A stretch of DNA of 49,185 bases, filler included, from Bipalium vagum (Eukaryota): the NCBI GenBank assembly GCA_037834085.1. It is 2 parts of 2 records of this genome, joined end to end, with 100 filler letters (N's around TTAATTAATTAA, not from the genome) between each part and the next. Parts side by side here need not be neighbours in the genome. Positions count along the whole stretch, not along the records: positions 1 to 28,997 come from JBBMKC010039670.1; 1 more part is not named here. The stretch is one strand, 5' to 3'. Below, in pieces: positions 1 through 13,599 of this stretch. Below the pieces are notes generated by a model that searched no databases, was not told the DNA's origin, and was given only the letters and a program-made list of their open reading frames with translations. Position numbers and translations under genes: made by a program. Numbering within the stretch: position 1 is the first letter of the stretch; the number at the start of each line of letters is the position of its first letter.

Positions 1-70
<70 letters not shown>
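1..70. repeat. (TAT)n microsatellite
   Basis: About 23 perfect TAT units at the window start. Confidence 0.97.
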
Positions 71-71
<1 letters not shown>

Positions 72-629
72 GACTTATAAATATTGTTTCTAATAATTTA
101 TAAATATAAATATTTTTCATTTGTAATTAAAATATTCAATTTACATAATTCAACTGAAAAATCTTTAAATGAACACCTAACTGAACAATAGATAATTTAA
201 CTGGAAATAAACAATTTCTATGGATTTTCTAAAATGATTATAAATCCCTGCTTTTACACGTTGAAGTTAAAAAGTTAATATACAAAACCAATAGTATAAG
301 AATGTAAAATAAAAAATGAATACCGATCAATCAGACATGTATTTTTTCATTGACAATAAAGAACAATATTTTTAGATCTCATGAAAGTAATATCGAAACT
401 TAATTTTTAGTGATTATTTTCTTAATCAACTAATAAAATGAAGCAAGAAATATCGGCTTGTCGATAAATGTTCTTGCAACAATGGTAATAATGACCGATT
501 GTTTATCTGCAGAGATGATTAATGGGATAAATAAGAAAGTTTGATCGATAAATCACTTGTTGTTGTTATTATTATTATTTACATTTATCTATACTACAAG
601 TAAATGAATTATAATTTCTGCTCATTTAA

Positions 630-3600
630 TCAGGAAACTTTATAATTTTTGGTAATTGTAATGAAGAAATAAAGAAGACATAAATTAATAAATATCACCA
701 TCAAGCTCACTGAATGATTTTTCAGCCAATCCTGAAATAAAAATTAAATTAAATTATTAAAATTAAATTTTGAACTAATTATAATTGTGTACAGTTATAT
801 TCAATTTTTTTAAAAAATGTAAACTTCTTAATTAATTTTTCATTGAGGTGATTTTATAATTATAATGTTTTTCTGTTTCTAAATTAACGAAAACGAATTT
901 TTTAAAGTGGGAAAAATAATTATTAAGACGACTGCACGTTTTCAATTAACTTACAATCATTAGACACTTAATAAAATGGTTTTTAATTGAGTTAACTAAA
1001 GTTTAAGTATAGATCATGTGTAAAAGTATAAGTATTTTAATGCAGAAAAGTTCACGTAATAATATATAATAAATAATTATTATGTAGAACATTGAAACCT
1101 TTTATTATTTTAAAAATGAACATTATTATTAAAGAAAAGAATATATTTAACCTCTCCTCAATTTTTTAAAAAAAATCTAACCCAAAATCCAAGCTATTTT
1201 CCGCATAATTTAAAACAGTTTTGTGAAAAATACCTAACTCTTTGACAATTTCATAAATGCTTGTGTGAGGTCCTTGGTAAATTTCATGATTTCGTCGTGT
1301 TTATCTGCGATAAATCAGCAAGAACGAGGTGCATCTTTCAACTCAAAGTTGTCTTGACGAAATCGTCCGAACCACTCACACACCACTCCTTCTGATATAA
1401 CATCATACCTATAAACGGCACATAGCTTTTTGAAGATATGACTGTCATTTTTTCCTTTCAAGAAGAAAATTTTCATAACGATTAGGATTTCTTCTTTAGA
1501 TGAATTTTTTGCAACATCTTTTAATTCGGATAAACGAATGAGATTAATACAATTTTTAAAATTATATATTCTAAGGATTTGATTTTACTAACAGGTTTAT
1601 ATATTACTTTATTTCAAATTAAAACACTCTAAAATGGCAGAAAATGTTTAGGTCACCTAATATATATAATATAAGATAAATCAATATTTTAAAATCTCTA
1701 AAATATCAATAAAATATACAATATCAGTACTTGATGAATTTCTTGCTTAGTAAAAGTCTTTAAAAATGGACGATCTTCCTTACATTGTGATAATATATTG
1801 GAAAAGTAAAAATATATTATGATAATATAATACAATATAGATTTAAACAAATTATTTTATAAATTTTATACATTAATTCGATAATTATTGATTTCAAATA
1901 TGAAAAGTCTAAAAGTTGTTTATATAATCTTTATGTAAAATTCACAACCAAACATAAAACGAAAATTTTTCAATATGTATTTTATTATTTTATTTTTAAT
2001 GGTTTTTGAACAGTTAAGCTTAAATTCTAAATAATCGAGATTCTGTTAGTATTAAACAAATACGTATATATGCAAACAAATATGTAAACAAAAATTTTAT
2101 ATGCATCAATAAACTGTACATAATTTTGTATTTTTTAAATAAATAGTAAATAAATAGGAATATTTACATTTCAAAAAAATAATTATAGGTTTTCAAATGA
2201 ACATTAATTAGTTTAAGAAAAGAGCATTATTTACCGCAAACTTATAAAATTTGATTACAAACACTCCTTGATCAAGCCTTTGCTTATCTAACTCGATTGC
2301 CCTACGGTATTCTTCATTTAATCGAATTGCTTCGTCTCTTGGCATACCAAGTTTCTGCCTGGTCACCGAAACATCAGGTAAGCTGCCCTCTTTTAAGTCC
2401 TATGATAATAAATTGATTAATTCATTCAGCTAATAAAGTTCTTGAATTAAATTTCAGGAAATTATTTTATTTTATTTCGGTAAGTAAAACATAAAAATAA
2501 TACTGTTATAGAAAATCTGGCAAGAAAAAATTCAAGCTAAAATTAAAACAAAAAATAAAATAAACAAAAAGCTTTTTGTAAATTGTAAAAAAAATATTAT
2601 TTTAAACAATATAAACAAAAAATATTTATTATTTTTGAAAAGGTATTCACAATAGGAAATAGTTTATCGATATTAAGTCCTCATCATATTCTTTGAAAGA
2701 GAGAGCATATTCGATGTCTGTGGGTGGATCTATTTTTAATGATTAGTGTGATTTAAAAATTTCCAAGATACCTTTACCTTATAATGAAACATATTCAGAT
2801 TTTTATTCATAATAAGTATAAGGTACATTGTTTAGAATGGTAAATTTAAATATAAGAGCATTCTGATTGCAATGAAACGGGAACAAATCGTATGTGATAA
2901 GCTCGTTGAGATGAAATCCATGGTAATCGATAGAGATTGGATTGCATCAAAATGATTAGTAAGATAAATAAAAACAATGAAATCATTGTGACAAAGTATG
3001 TATTTTCCAAAAATGAAGTATAATCAAAGTATTAGGGTATATTTTAAAGTCAAGGATAAAGAAAGATAAATGAAAGAGAATTTCCTGGATTTCAATTTAT
3101 TAGGGATTAGTTATATTTAACAGAAACAGTTGTTTACAATTTTTTTTACCAAGATAGAAATTGAAAATGACTATACATGTCAACTTTCAGAATCATGATG
3201 TCGACATATCCATTAATTTCTGTTAAAAAGATGAGAGGGTCGATAATGAGAATTTAGAAAATAGATTTATGAATACGATAATTCCTAAAATATTGATCTC
3301 GTTTGAATGCACAAAATTGCATCGAAATTATGATAAGAATGTAGAATTATCTAGGTCCAGTTAAGAAATCTTCTCACGTATAAGTTAGATATTCTGGATA
3401 AAATTCCATGTGATATATTTGATAAACCTTGATAATTATCCATAAATAATGGAAGTATCCAATCAAATGAAGAAATATTATGGATCATTGTCTATTGAAT
3501 TGAAAACATGGGAGAAATTTAAATATTATCAAAACAAGTTGTAAAAATGAATATTAAACATTCAATCAACAGGAAAACTATAAAAAATAAAAGTATTATA

Positions 3601-3636
3601 AAAAAATTAATAAAATAATAATAAAAATTAATAAAA

Positions 3637-3667
<31 letters not shown>

Positions 3668-6600
3668 AATGATAAATGTATTAAAAATTTCAATTCATTT
3701 ATTTATGTCAGAGTAAAAAAATATAAAAGTATAACCTTTCTTAAATCTACTTCTGATTTAAAATTAAATATCATAGGCAGCGAAGGTAATTCATCTTGCG
3801 GTTGATTTAGTGTTATTTTTGACCCTCTGTTAGAACAATTTGAAGACACAACTATTGGTGATACTCGTTTACGGATGCCGTTTTCCATAACAAAAATCAA
3901 ATCCTTATTTTCTTGAGGAGTTAACTAAATTGTATTAAATATTTGAAGTAATATTTTTGTGAAGAGTACTTCTGGTTCTTCTTGTAAATCACTGAGAATG
4001 GTAGATACCGGAGCAGGAGCTACTGGTTCCTGGGTCATAAAATCTGGATTAGTAAATCTTCGAGGACTGCTATTTGAACTGAAATTTTTGATATTGTATG
4101 GTTTGGAAAAAGATTTTTGCTTTGACTCTATTATATCAGAAATTTTAGGAGACTGAGAATAGTGATCGAAATAATCCACATGTGTGTTTGAGTTTATAAT
4201 TGACGATAATGATTCTTTTGGAATTCTTGATGTAGCCCTTATGTTATTAACTGAAAATAGAAAATAGAAAAAATTTAAATTATAAAATTTTTTAATTATT
4301 CCTAATGACATTCATTTTACACTTTCACAGTGTTAACTAACATTTTAATTAAATTTGCATATGCAACTTGCTGTGTGTTTATAATAGTTGATTTAGTAAA
4401 TTATACTCTTTCACAAAAAAGTATCATAAATTAAAGAAAAATGAAAAACAAAAATTACTGATAAGTAAATATTTTAATTTTTTCTGATATAAAATATCTG
4501 TTATTTAAAATTCACTTATTTTAGTAATATAAATTTAAGCGCGTATATCAACAATAAGTAACTTTCCAAAATTATTTTATCAGCCTTCATGTGCCTTTTC
4601 AGTAGCACAACTATCGATGTTTGATAAAGGCTGGTTATGTGGTATGCACAAACTGACAGTCTGTGTAGTTTCAGAAAAATGACATTTCAAAATGCTGAAA
4701 GCATCATCTTAAATTGTAGCATGTTAATACAATGCTGTATATTGCCAGAATAGTGGCTGATGCTCTGAGTGCCCGAAAGGTATCTGTTTTTCCATGGCCT
4801 GCACCCTCACCTGATATGTCTCCCATCGAACATGCTTGGGATCAGTTTGGTCGACATATAACAGCAATGTACGAGCAACCAGCAACTACAATTGCAGATC
4901 TCGCTATCAGAGTATTAGAACAGTGGGATTTGATATCCCAAGAAGATTTTCAAAATTTTATTTTAAACATGGACAAAAGAATCAGCTAATGTATTGAGAA
5001 CACAGAGGGACATACTGGTTATTAACTCTATCATTAAATTTGTTTGTATGGCATAATTTTAATAGAAATTCGTTTTTTTTAATTTGTACTACTTTTTCTG
5101 TGGAAGAGTATATATATAATACTTTAGTAAATATAACATATTATATATATGGTAATATAATTATTTGGTTTCGATACCAATGATATCAATATTGTAAATG
5201 AAATCGATGATAATAAAAATGCTCTGTTTTGAACCTCAGGTGGTTGAACTAATAACACTTTTAATAAAATTAAATAAAACTAATAACATCAATAACTATT
5301 TTTACATATCCGGGCTTCGAGGACTCATTTGACAATAAGCTGCTTTGGTTCCAGAAACTGTCAGAATTAGTATTGTGGAGACCATTTTTATTTTAACTTA
5401 ATTTTTTGGTCTAATATAATTTATTGAATATTGATTTTGTTTTTATTACCGTTTTCAATGTGACTCTAATTTGTCTCAACTCGGTTTTAGCAGGATTCTT
5501 CATCATCTCTTTCAATTAAATGCAGTAGACCTCTGCTGTGATTGGTGTCTTTTAATTAATGTTGTTATGACAAAATATTAAAAAAAATTATTAATTTACA
5601 ATGAAAATTCGCAGAAATAATCAAGTCAAAAAATGACCAGAAAAAAATATTTTTCATATTATTTGTCAAATGTATGGCCATTGTTAAAATTTCCGAAAAA
5701 TAATAGATTAAATCATTCAGATTGTTTAATATACAAAGAAAATGAATCTATTTCAACTTTGAAAAAAATTTCATGTAATAAGATTCGATAAAAGTCAAAT
5801 GAATACCTGAAACATAACTTTCTTCTACTTCATTTTCAATTTCATTGTTCATTCCATTACAGTCAGTGTTATCCATTGATTGATGATTTTCATTAACAAT
5901 TTTTATTGGATTTTTCTGAGATTCATTTTGACTAATTACAGTTCTCATAATTGGTGCTTCAAATGCCTTCACCTGCAAATAAAAAAAATTTGGAAGGTTT
6001 ATCATGACATTAAAGAAATCATAAAAATAATCGAAATCCTAAAAGAAAGATGAAAAGAAAAAGAAATAGGCTTTTATTTAGCCATTTTGTTCTTAAATTG
6101 ACATTGAATAGTTGCATAAAATTCTTAATTTTTTAAAAATATATAATGTTTTTAATTATAAGATTAATAACTAAATTACATGAAATTATTATTATTATTA
6201 TTATTATTAATTGAAATTGGATATTCATAAAAAATTATGATAAACATCCAATTAGATTAATTCAAGTACTTGATTGATATTAGATATATTTATTTCATTG
6301 ATTTTTAATGAATGATTTTTTAAGAATGATTAATTTATCTTACATATTTATTATATTATGTATTTGTGTTTTAAGTATGATTTAATTTTTAAATATTTAA
6401 TAAGATAGTTTTTTACCATTTCAATTTTCGGTGAATTTTGAGGAACCTCAAATGTTGTAGGTTGAAGCTGTTGTGCTTTAAGTAAGAGCTTTGGTTCTTC
6501 CGCACAATTTTGGGATGCTATGCTTTTAAGAAACATAGGATCTACTTGTGATCTATTTATTTGTTTTGTATCTTTTGGATCATTTTGAGTTGATATTTTT

Positions 6601-9600
6601 TTTGACCGCCTAAAACTACCGTGCCGACTCGCTCTTTGGGCACCCATTGAATCGACCTAAACCAAAGTGATATATATATAACTGAGTGATAATAAAATTT
6701 AAATATATTACAATTAAAAATTACTGATATACAAAGATAATAAAGGGTAATAATTATATATTTTATATAATATTTTATCAGTCTTTATATTTTTAATATT
6801 TAGAACATTGATGTAATTCTACATCTAACTCTTTAAAATATTTATATTTTCTTGTTGCAAATATATAAAATAAAATAATAAAATTTAACTGAATTTATCC
6901 TTTAAAATAATTATCTTCCCCAGAAATATAATTATCAATGAATTCATTCATTTTCGATTAGGTTTCCTGTTAGAATTAACAATTCAATTATTTATTTGGG
7001 TTTAAATTAAAACAATCTTGTCTTTCTTAGTTTTGTTGAAAATGATTTTTTAATTTAATTTTTCTATACTAGCAGAGGAAATTCTGTGATATACCATTTT
7101 AATTATTTCTCAAAGATAGAAACATGAATCGCAAATATCCTGTTCGAATTCGTCACTATCATAACAATACCCTTTACTCTGAAAAAATTCTCTTGGTGTA
7201 TGACTGAGATTGGTTTCAATTCACAAGGCCTTTTTGAAAAAAAAACAATACTGGCAATTGTGAATTATAAATCAAAGTTTATCTGAAATCTAATCACAAA
7301 ATTTTAAAATGTGTAAATTATCCAATAAACGTCACAAACACAACACTGGAATTTTTTCCGACAGTTTTCAAAATTAAGAACATTTAGGTTTACTAAAAAC
7401 CAACAAAACTAATATTTATTTACAATTATTTTAATAAAATAATATTAAATGAATTTTTCTTTTTTGGTAGGTGGAAACGTTAATCGATATTTAAGAAATG
7501 AAACGAAACCATACAAGTAAAAAGTTATCCTTATTGTAATTGACTGTCGTATTTTCATTGATATCGGTTTTTTCCGGAACTCCTCTTCCTTCAACAACAT
7601 CAATGGATGCCTGAAGCATGGACTCGAAAGACTTTTGCCCTCGCTTTGTAACTCTCATCATTCTGACAATATCAGTTAATATTCTGATACCTAAAAAAGT
7701 TTTCGTTATCAAATCATTGTAATTGCTGTTGAATTGAAATTGAAATTGATTTACGAATATTTATAGATCCAATAATCTTTTAATAAAATGGATTTATAAG
7801 TATTCGTAAATCAATTTCAATTATTCTAAATTGATTTATTTTTATTAATTTTAATAAATTACTCTGATTTTTCTTACATTTGTTAATTTGAAAAAATTCA
7901 ATATTTTCAATATCCTTACATGAATATTTTACATATGTTAAAAATTGTTAAGGTTTTGTATATTAATAAATAAAAATTTTAATTCAATTTTTTGAGCTCT
8001 TATTTTAAATAACGGAAATTTTTTGAAACTTCTTGATACTTTCTGAAAATTTCAGAGTCTTTTTCAGAAAGTATTAACTGTAAAAATAATACATATTAAT
8101 ATTGATAAATAAAATGGTTTCTGATATTAAATTAATTTATAAAACTCAGGAAATTGTTTTTTTTAATATTTGTTGCTTAACCAACTTTTCTTTAATTTCC
8201 AAATATAATTAAATAATTTCCAAGTAAATTTATCTTTCTTGGAAAATGAGATAAATCAAGGAAATATGAGTTTAATAATAATAATAATAAATTATATTAT
8301 ATTAATTATATTAAATTATTATTATGTTGAAAACTAATAACAAAGTAATGTACTTTGCATTAAAATTTCAGTTTACTATGATAAATGTGATACCTAAATG
8401 TTTTTAAGTATTAAATAAAAAAGTATTAATTAATTATTAATTTTAAGTATAAATATAATGGTTTAACTCTTTACATTACACTAATCCCATTTTAATTAAC
8501 ATAAATAAATTAATTAAAAACCAGATAAATTTATAATATTGAGAAAATTGAGATCCAGAACAATGTACTTAAATTAATTAGATATATGTAAAATTTTAAT
8601 TATTAATAAGTTATATTAAATAATAATAAATTATTATTATCAGTAGAAAAAAAATTATGTATGATCATCTTTGATTGAGTAAAAATTAATTTCTAAAATT
8701 ATTTCACATTAATATACCTGGTTGTTCATAATCTGGATACATCTCTTTTACCAGCTGTCGTGTTTCTAGAGAGTATTCTCTAGCCAGTGCTGCGGCTTCT
8801 TTTGCTTTTTTAACAGTCTCCCGAATCTCAGCAAGTCTTTTTTTAAGATACCAATGTTAATAGTTATACATAATAGAAAAGGATAATTTTATATCATTGA
8901 ATCGCGCAATTAATTCATTAAATTAATAAAAAACTCTTTAAATTTATATTTAAAGTATAGCAATATTGATTAGGTGTCTTTATAGATTTTACTATTTTCA
9001 AAAACCAAAAGCACATTAAATTAATATTTTTATTAAATATTGAGGAATTAATGCAAAGAGGGAAAATTATACAAAAAAATAAAATTATTAAAAAATGAAG
9101 TCAAAAGAACATCAAAAATACGATAAAATAAAATAAGAATTATGAACGAAAGCTTGTTTGTCGAGCCAGTTCGTCGAGCTTAAAATCATTAAATATATTT
9201 ATTTTTTAATGTTACGGATTTTAAAAGAATTATTGTTTGAATTTCCAAATTACATTATTTATTTTATTTTCTATTTTAAAAACACTATTGATTTCAAATA
9301 CGAACTTTTTTCGGCATTCTATATCCTTGTCTTGTGCTCTTTTCGATGCGGCTCGAGCTAGCTTTACGAACTTTTTTATATGTAAGCCTAAACGAAAAGA
9401 CTGGAGAAAAAATATAGGATTTCTTTTCGTCCATAAAAATATCAATTTTCCATTTTGATATTGACCTTCTTCGAAACTTCCATCAGAAAATTTTGTAATA
9501 CCAAATCCATGGCGTTTATTATTTAACCATCCTCCTTCGTACATTACTCCATCACTTCTTTCGCAAACCCCAAATCCATGCCTTTGATCCTGAACCCAAT

Positions 9601-11593
9601 CACCGCTGTATGTTTCAAACACGTCTGGACCAATAGTATCACTTGGTGACTGAATATAAAAAGTGAACATAATGTAAATCTATGAAAAATAAAGAAATAT
9701 AACCATATCCATTGTTGCTATCGATTGTATTGTATTGTACGTTAATGAAGAATGATATGATTTGGGAGATGAATTGCCTGGAGCACTATATACGGAGATA
9801 TTAGTCAAGTGGCTTTTATGACTTTTCTTAGTATTGTATAATTCTTTTTTCTTTAAAGCACTGAAGATCGAAGTTAGAGACTTAGATTTTTTCAAGCCTT
9901 TTTGGTGCTTCTTACAAGAGTTGATATGTTTCAGTTTTTTAATTAAAAGATCACTCTTTTTACCACTTAATACAAACCCACATTTAAATTTATTGGGTAA
10001 CTTGTTTATGCTACCATTTTTTTCAATATGGTTACTTGCAAAAGATACTGTACTTCCATCATCAACATTTGTTTTGTTTAATAGATGTTTCTCTTCTGGT
10101 AAAAATGCAAATATTTCTCCATATGGAATAGAGGTTCGGACACCCAATCCCTCCCTGAGTCCGCTTTTGTAATCCCCGCAATATGTTCCTTGTAAAAATT
10201 ATTTCAATTATTTTTCACTGATTAACAAAGAAAAAAATCAAATAATTATTTTCGAAAATTGATTTTGTAACTCTGAAAAAAAGTTGTAAAATAGATCATA
10301 ATCAAACTAGTTCGAATCAATCTTCATAACGACTATATAAAATGGTAGAACTTGATGAAAAATATTCAATGTTCACTTTTTATTTAATAGGAGAACGAAA
10401 TAATAAAATAATTATTTTTATATTATTTACTTAAAATTCTCAAATAGTTAAATTTTAATTGTCCCAAGGCTTTAGGATAGTTACGGGACATTAAAACTTT
10501 AATAAAACCAATAATTAATAATAATAATAATAACAAATAAATAAAAATATTATCAATAAATATGACATACATTATGAAAGGTGAAACTAAAGAAAGAAAT
10601 TCTTATTTTTCTAATGACTAAAATATATTCTTTTTGAATTTGATGTTCTTGTAGGAAAATTACATATCCCATCCTCAAATGTCGTAACAAGCCAATTACT
10701 TATGGTGCACATATTGACAGAATTGATTAATATTTCCGAAATATTTTACTTGAAATATTATTTTAAACACTTCAGTTAATCTTATATGAAATGTCATTTT
10801 TCTTTGGAAATTAAAATCAAATAATAAATTAACAATATTCTAAACGTTAAATTTTTCTTAATTTGATTGGTATTTAAATTTCATTAATTTTTGCTTAATG
10901 TTTTATAAAAAAACAAAAATATAAATCCAATGAAAAATAATATTCTTTTATAACCATTGTCAATACAGATTAAAACCCACATTTTGTTTTTAAAAAATAA
11001 AATTGTTATCATTCATTCGGATAACTTATCAAAACGGTTTCTATAGATAATAACATTGGTAAAGCAATGAAAATTTAATTTCAATAATTTATTGGGTAAT
11101 GAGAATTGAAAATTTTCTTTATTTTATCATTCATCTTATTTTACAAATTACGAAAAAAATTGTTTGTTTTAATGTTCTCACCTCCATCGGCATATGTTTC
11201 CATTCCAAAAACCGGACAACCGTCTTCAAATTCACCTTCAAATTTCCCAATTGATTTTTCTTTAGTTTTAACACCCAAAGTAATAAAACCCTCTTGAAAT
11301 TTTCCCATAACAATCCAATCTTCTTTGATGAAAATTCCATATCCATCTCGTTTGCTATTTGACCATTGACCTTCATACATGGCACCGGGTGCACTCGGCC
11401 ACAGAAACACACCGCACTTTTCCGATCCAGAATTCCACAATCCAGTAAATTCTCCTTGACTTTTATCTTTTGTCAATAAACCAATTCCAACAGCTTTCTC
11501 GTTCAACCATTCTCCAATATAAATTCCACTGTCTTTGAATTCGTAACGGCCAGCTGGCAGTTGACTGTAGAGTTCATCTTGTACGCCATCCAT
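630..11593 (-). CDS. JPH: Junctophilin (MORN-repeat ER/SR-plasma membrane junction protein), 11 coding exons
   Basis: Manually spliced GT-AG exons with consistent phases: 11593-11182, 10188-9704, 9649-9306, 8836-8718, 7690-7515, 6656-6417, 5972-5807, 4250-3970, 3924-3736, 2399-2235, 731-630 (TGA). N-terminal MORN block (GRYEFKDSGIYIGEW; YEGQWSNSKRDGYG; ETYADGGTYCGDYKSGLREGLG), joining region, two further MORNs (ETYSGDWVQDQRHGFGVCERSDGVMYEGGWLNNKRHGFG), helical domain ending MYPDYEQPG, invertebrate-type motifs ENGIRKRV and GSLPD..REAIRL, and a C-terminal TM anchor WLKNHSVSLMVIFINLCLLYFFITI. Confidence 0.93.
1200..1662 (-). mobile_element. Degenerate mariner 5' fragment (HTH region) in last junctophilin intron
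   Basis: Minus strand reads KEEILIVMKIFFLKGKNDSHIFKKLCAVYRYDVISEGVVCEWFGRFRQDNFELKDAPRS*, a mariner N-terminal HTH pattern. Mariner-like terminus TATTAGGTGACC near 1660. No matching second TIR found. Confidence 0.75.
2650..3443 (-). pseudogene. Possible degenerate DEG/ENaC pseudogene fragment nested in junctophilin intron 9
   Basis: From ATG 3443: MDNYQGLSNISHGILSRISNLYVRRFLNWT*I, then frameshift to FYILIIISMQFCAFKRDQYFRNY. HG motif, RR..W, hydrophobic TM1-like run and YF..Y are spaced as in the intact channel at 43000. Many stops; no TM2 seen. Confidence 0.35.
3600..3672. repeat. Imperfect (AAT)n / A-rich low-complexity repeat
   Basis: Runs of aataataat and aaattaataaaataataat. Confidence 0.8.
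4404..5110 (+). mobile_element. Internally deleted Tc1-like DNA transposon with TIRs
   Basis: Left TIR tactctttcacaaaaaagtatcataaattaa vs reverse complement of right end tactcttccacagaaaaagtagtacaaattaa; TA on both flanks. N-terminal remnant AQLSMFDKGWLCGMH and C-terminal DDE remnant WPAPSPDMSPIEHAW...GHTGY*. Confidence 0.88.
7738..7822. repeat. 34-bp inverted repeat (hairpin, 17-nt loop)
   Basis: aattgaaattgatttacgaatatttatagatcca (7738-7771) pairs with tggatttataagtattcgtaaatcaatttcaatt (7789-7822), 2 non-Watson-Crick positions. Confidence 0.9.
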
Positions 11594-13599
11594 TTTTCTG
11601 TAGAATTAGTTTGAGTTGATTAATATCCAGTTGATCATTGAATGGGAAATGTAGACACAAAATTAATCAAACTCAAATTCTTTTTATATGGATTAATAAA
11701 CAATAAATAAATATTTGGAAATATTACTGGAGTATTTTGGAGAAAATCTATCGAAAGTTTTTTGTGTCAATAATGCAAAATATTAAATATTTCCCGTTAA
11801 TTTTGCAAAAATCGTGCATCCATTACAAACAGATTTTGTGTGTACACGCGTACACACATGCTGACAGAAATAAAATTAATCAATAATCTTCTACACACTA
11901 TTGTTTCTTGGTTGTTTCGGTGTTTCTAGATAGGAATTGTCGAGACATACAAGCAGACAAACATCGATGCACACGTAGATTGGACAAATCTGATGTAGTC
12001 ACGTACAAACTCCTATTCATAAATTATAATGGTGCATGTATTATAGTTTATTTTTCCCATGTATGATTTTTTACGTCATCCTACAATAGTTTTTTAATCT
12101 AATTTATATTTAGTTTCTGAACTTTTCGGTCAATATATATACATTTCTGGAAACTGAAATTGATATTAAATTATCTAAATTTAGACAACAGTGACTATGT
12201 AAAGTAAATGGAAATCTGTAATTCTGCTGGTTAATTGTCCACGACATAAGCTTTTAAAATCATAATGTTCAGACAAACTGGAATTGTGTAACGTGGATTA
12301 CGTCACTTTATAGAGTAACAATGTAACTGAATTAAGTAAATATTATTGTACATTTTTTTGTAATTATTTATAATAAAAATGTTTCCTGACATGTGTTTTC
12401 TCTGTAAAGGGATTTAGTAAAAACATAATATTTGTAGAGAACTTGAAAAAAATTTTCATGAAAACTGGAGAAAGCAATATAAATAAACGAGAAAAAATTA
12501 TTTATCCATAAAAACTCAATTTTAATCCATTAATTATAAAATTTATAATCAATATTATATGGACTCAGGGGGGATAATTTTTAATATTTCTATTTAATAC
12601 AGAAAATTATCGATTTATATCTGGAAATTGATATTCTCTATTAGGATAAATAGCAGAAATGGCATTCCTCTTAGATATGTGGGATAAAGGGAATTCCAAA
12701 ACATTTTTGTATTTGATTATTCCCTAAATCGTTCAGTGGAAATCTGAAGTAGTGGGGTCGTGAACAAAAATTGATTAATTATATATTAATTTATTCTGCT
12801 TAGAATTCAACTTCAAAGCAAAATTAGTTTCACTTTTAAAAAGCCTACACAAAAATATCCTGTGTTCATGGTCTGGTTACTTAACAATTTCCGATGTGCC
12901 TGCTTTTACTTACGTAATTTTTCATCAAAATTTCTTTTTGTTTATTATAAAATAATGGCGGAATGAATTTAATATTTTCATCAATTGAAGATATATTTTT
13001 TAATTTTTTTATTTCCATAATTATAATTTTGACTTGAATATATTTGTCAAATAAAGTTTAATACAAAAAATATTAATTTTAATATACAAAATTTATTGTA
13101 TTTTTCAAGTACGTGCAAGATTAAAAGTATTTATTTTTATTATATTTATTTTAAGAAGGTCAATCGGACCATGTGAATTTTTAATTTTAAAGTCTTGTTT
13201 CTATATAATTATATATAACTATATAAAATAGTATTTATTAAATATTGAAAATATTTTTAAATTGTTTATTGTTTTAATTGTATTATAAAATTTAAAGATT
13301 TTTCAAAATTTAATAATTAAAAATCTTGACATTTAAAAGTATTAATGATATATTAAAATCACATGGCTTGATAAAATTTCTTTGGAAATTAAAATTATTG
13401 ATATCACCTAATAAATTTTTTTATAAATGTCTTGTCCTGATTATGAGCCAATAAATATTAACATTTGTAAAATAAATTAAGTCATTGGCATGAACTTAAT
13501 AGTAATCGTATAAATAAATTTAATTAAACTGGATTTTCACATTTTAAATTTATTAGTTATTTTACTTACCTTTTATTATTTATCAACAAAAATTAGTAA

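Noticed and set aside
5300-5550. GC-richer block in junctophilin intron 7 with splice-like signals, considered as an extra exon or stop-codon readthrough
   Set aside because: Every frame and splice combination I tried hits stops or the wrong phase; flanking exons join cleanly without it, and other genes use the standard code.
9834-10172. Antisense or alternate-frame ORFs over exons (also 3959-4156, 9237-9458, 11131-11412, 22999-23208, 39016-39339, 43357-43548, 43776-44018)
   Set aside because: Shadows of real coding exons with no independent motifs.
13169-13366. Short inverted match ccatgtga..ttttaat / attaaaatcacatgg as a possible MITE
   Set aside because: Only about 15 bp in very AT-rich sequence with no clear TSD.
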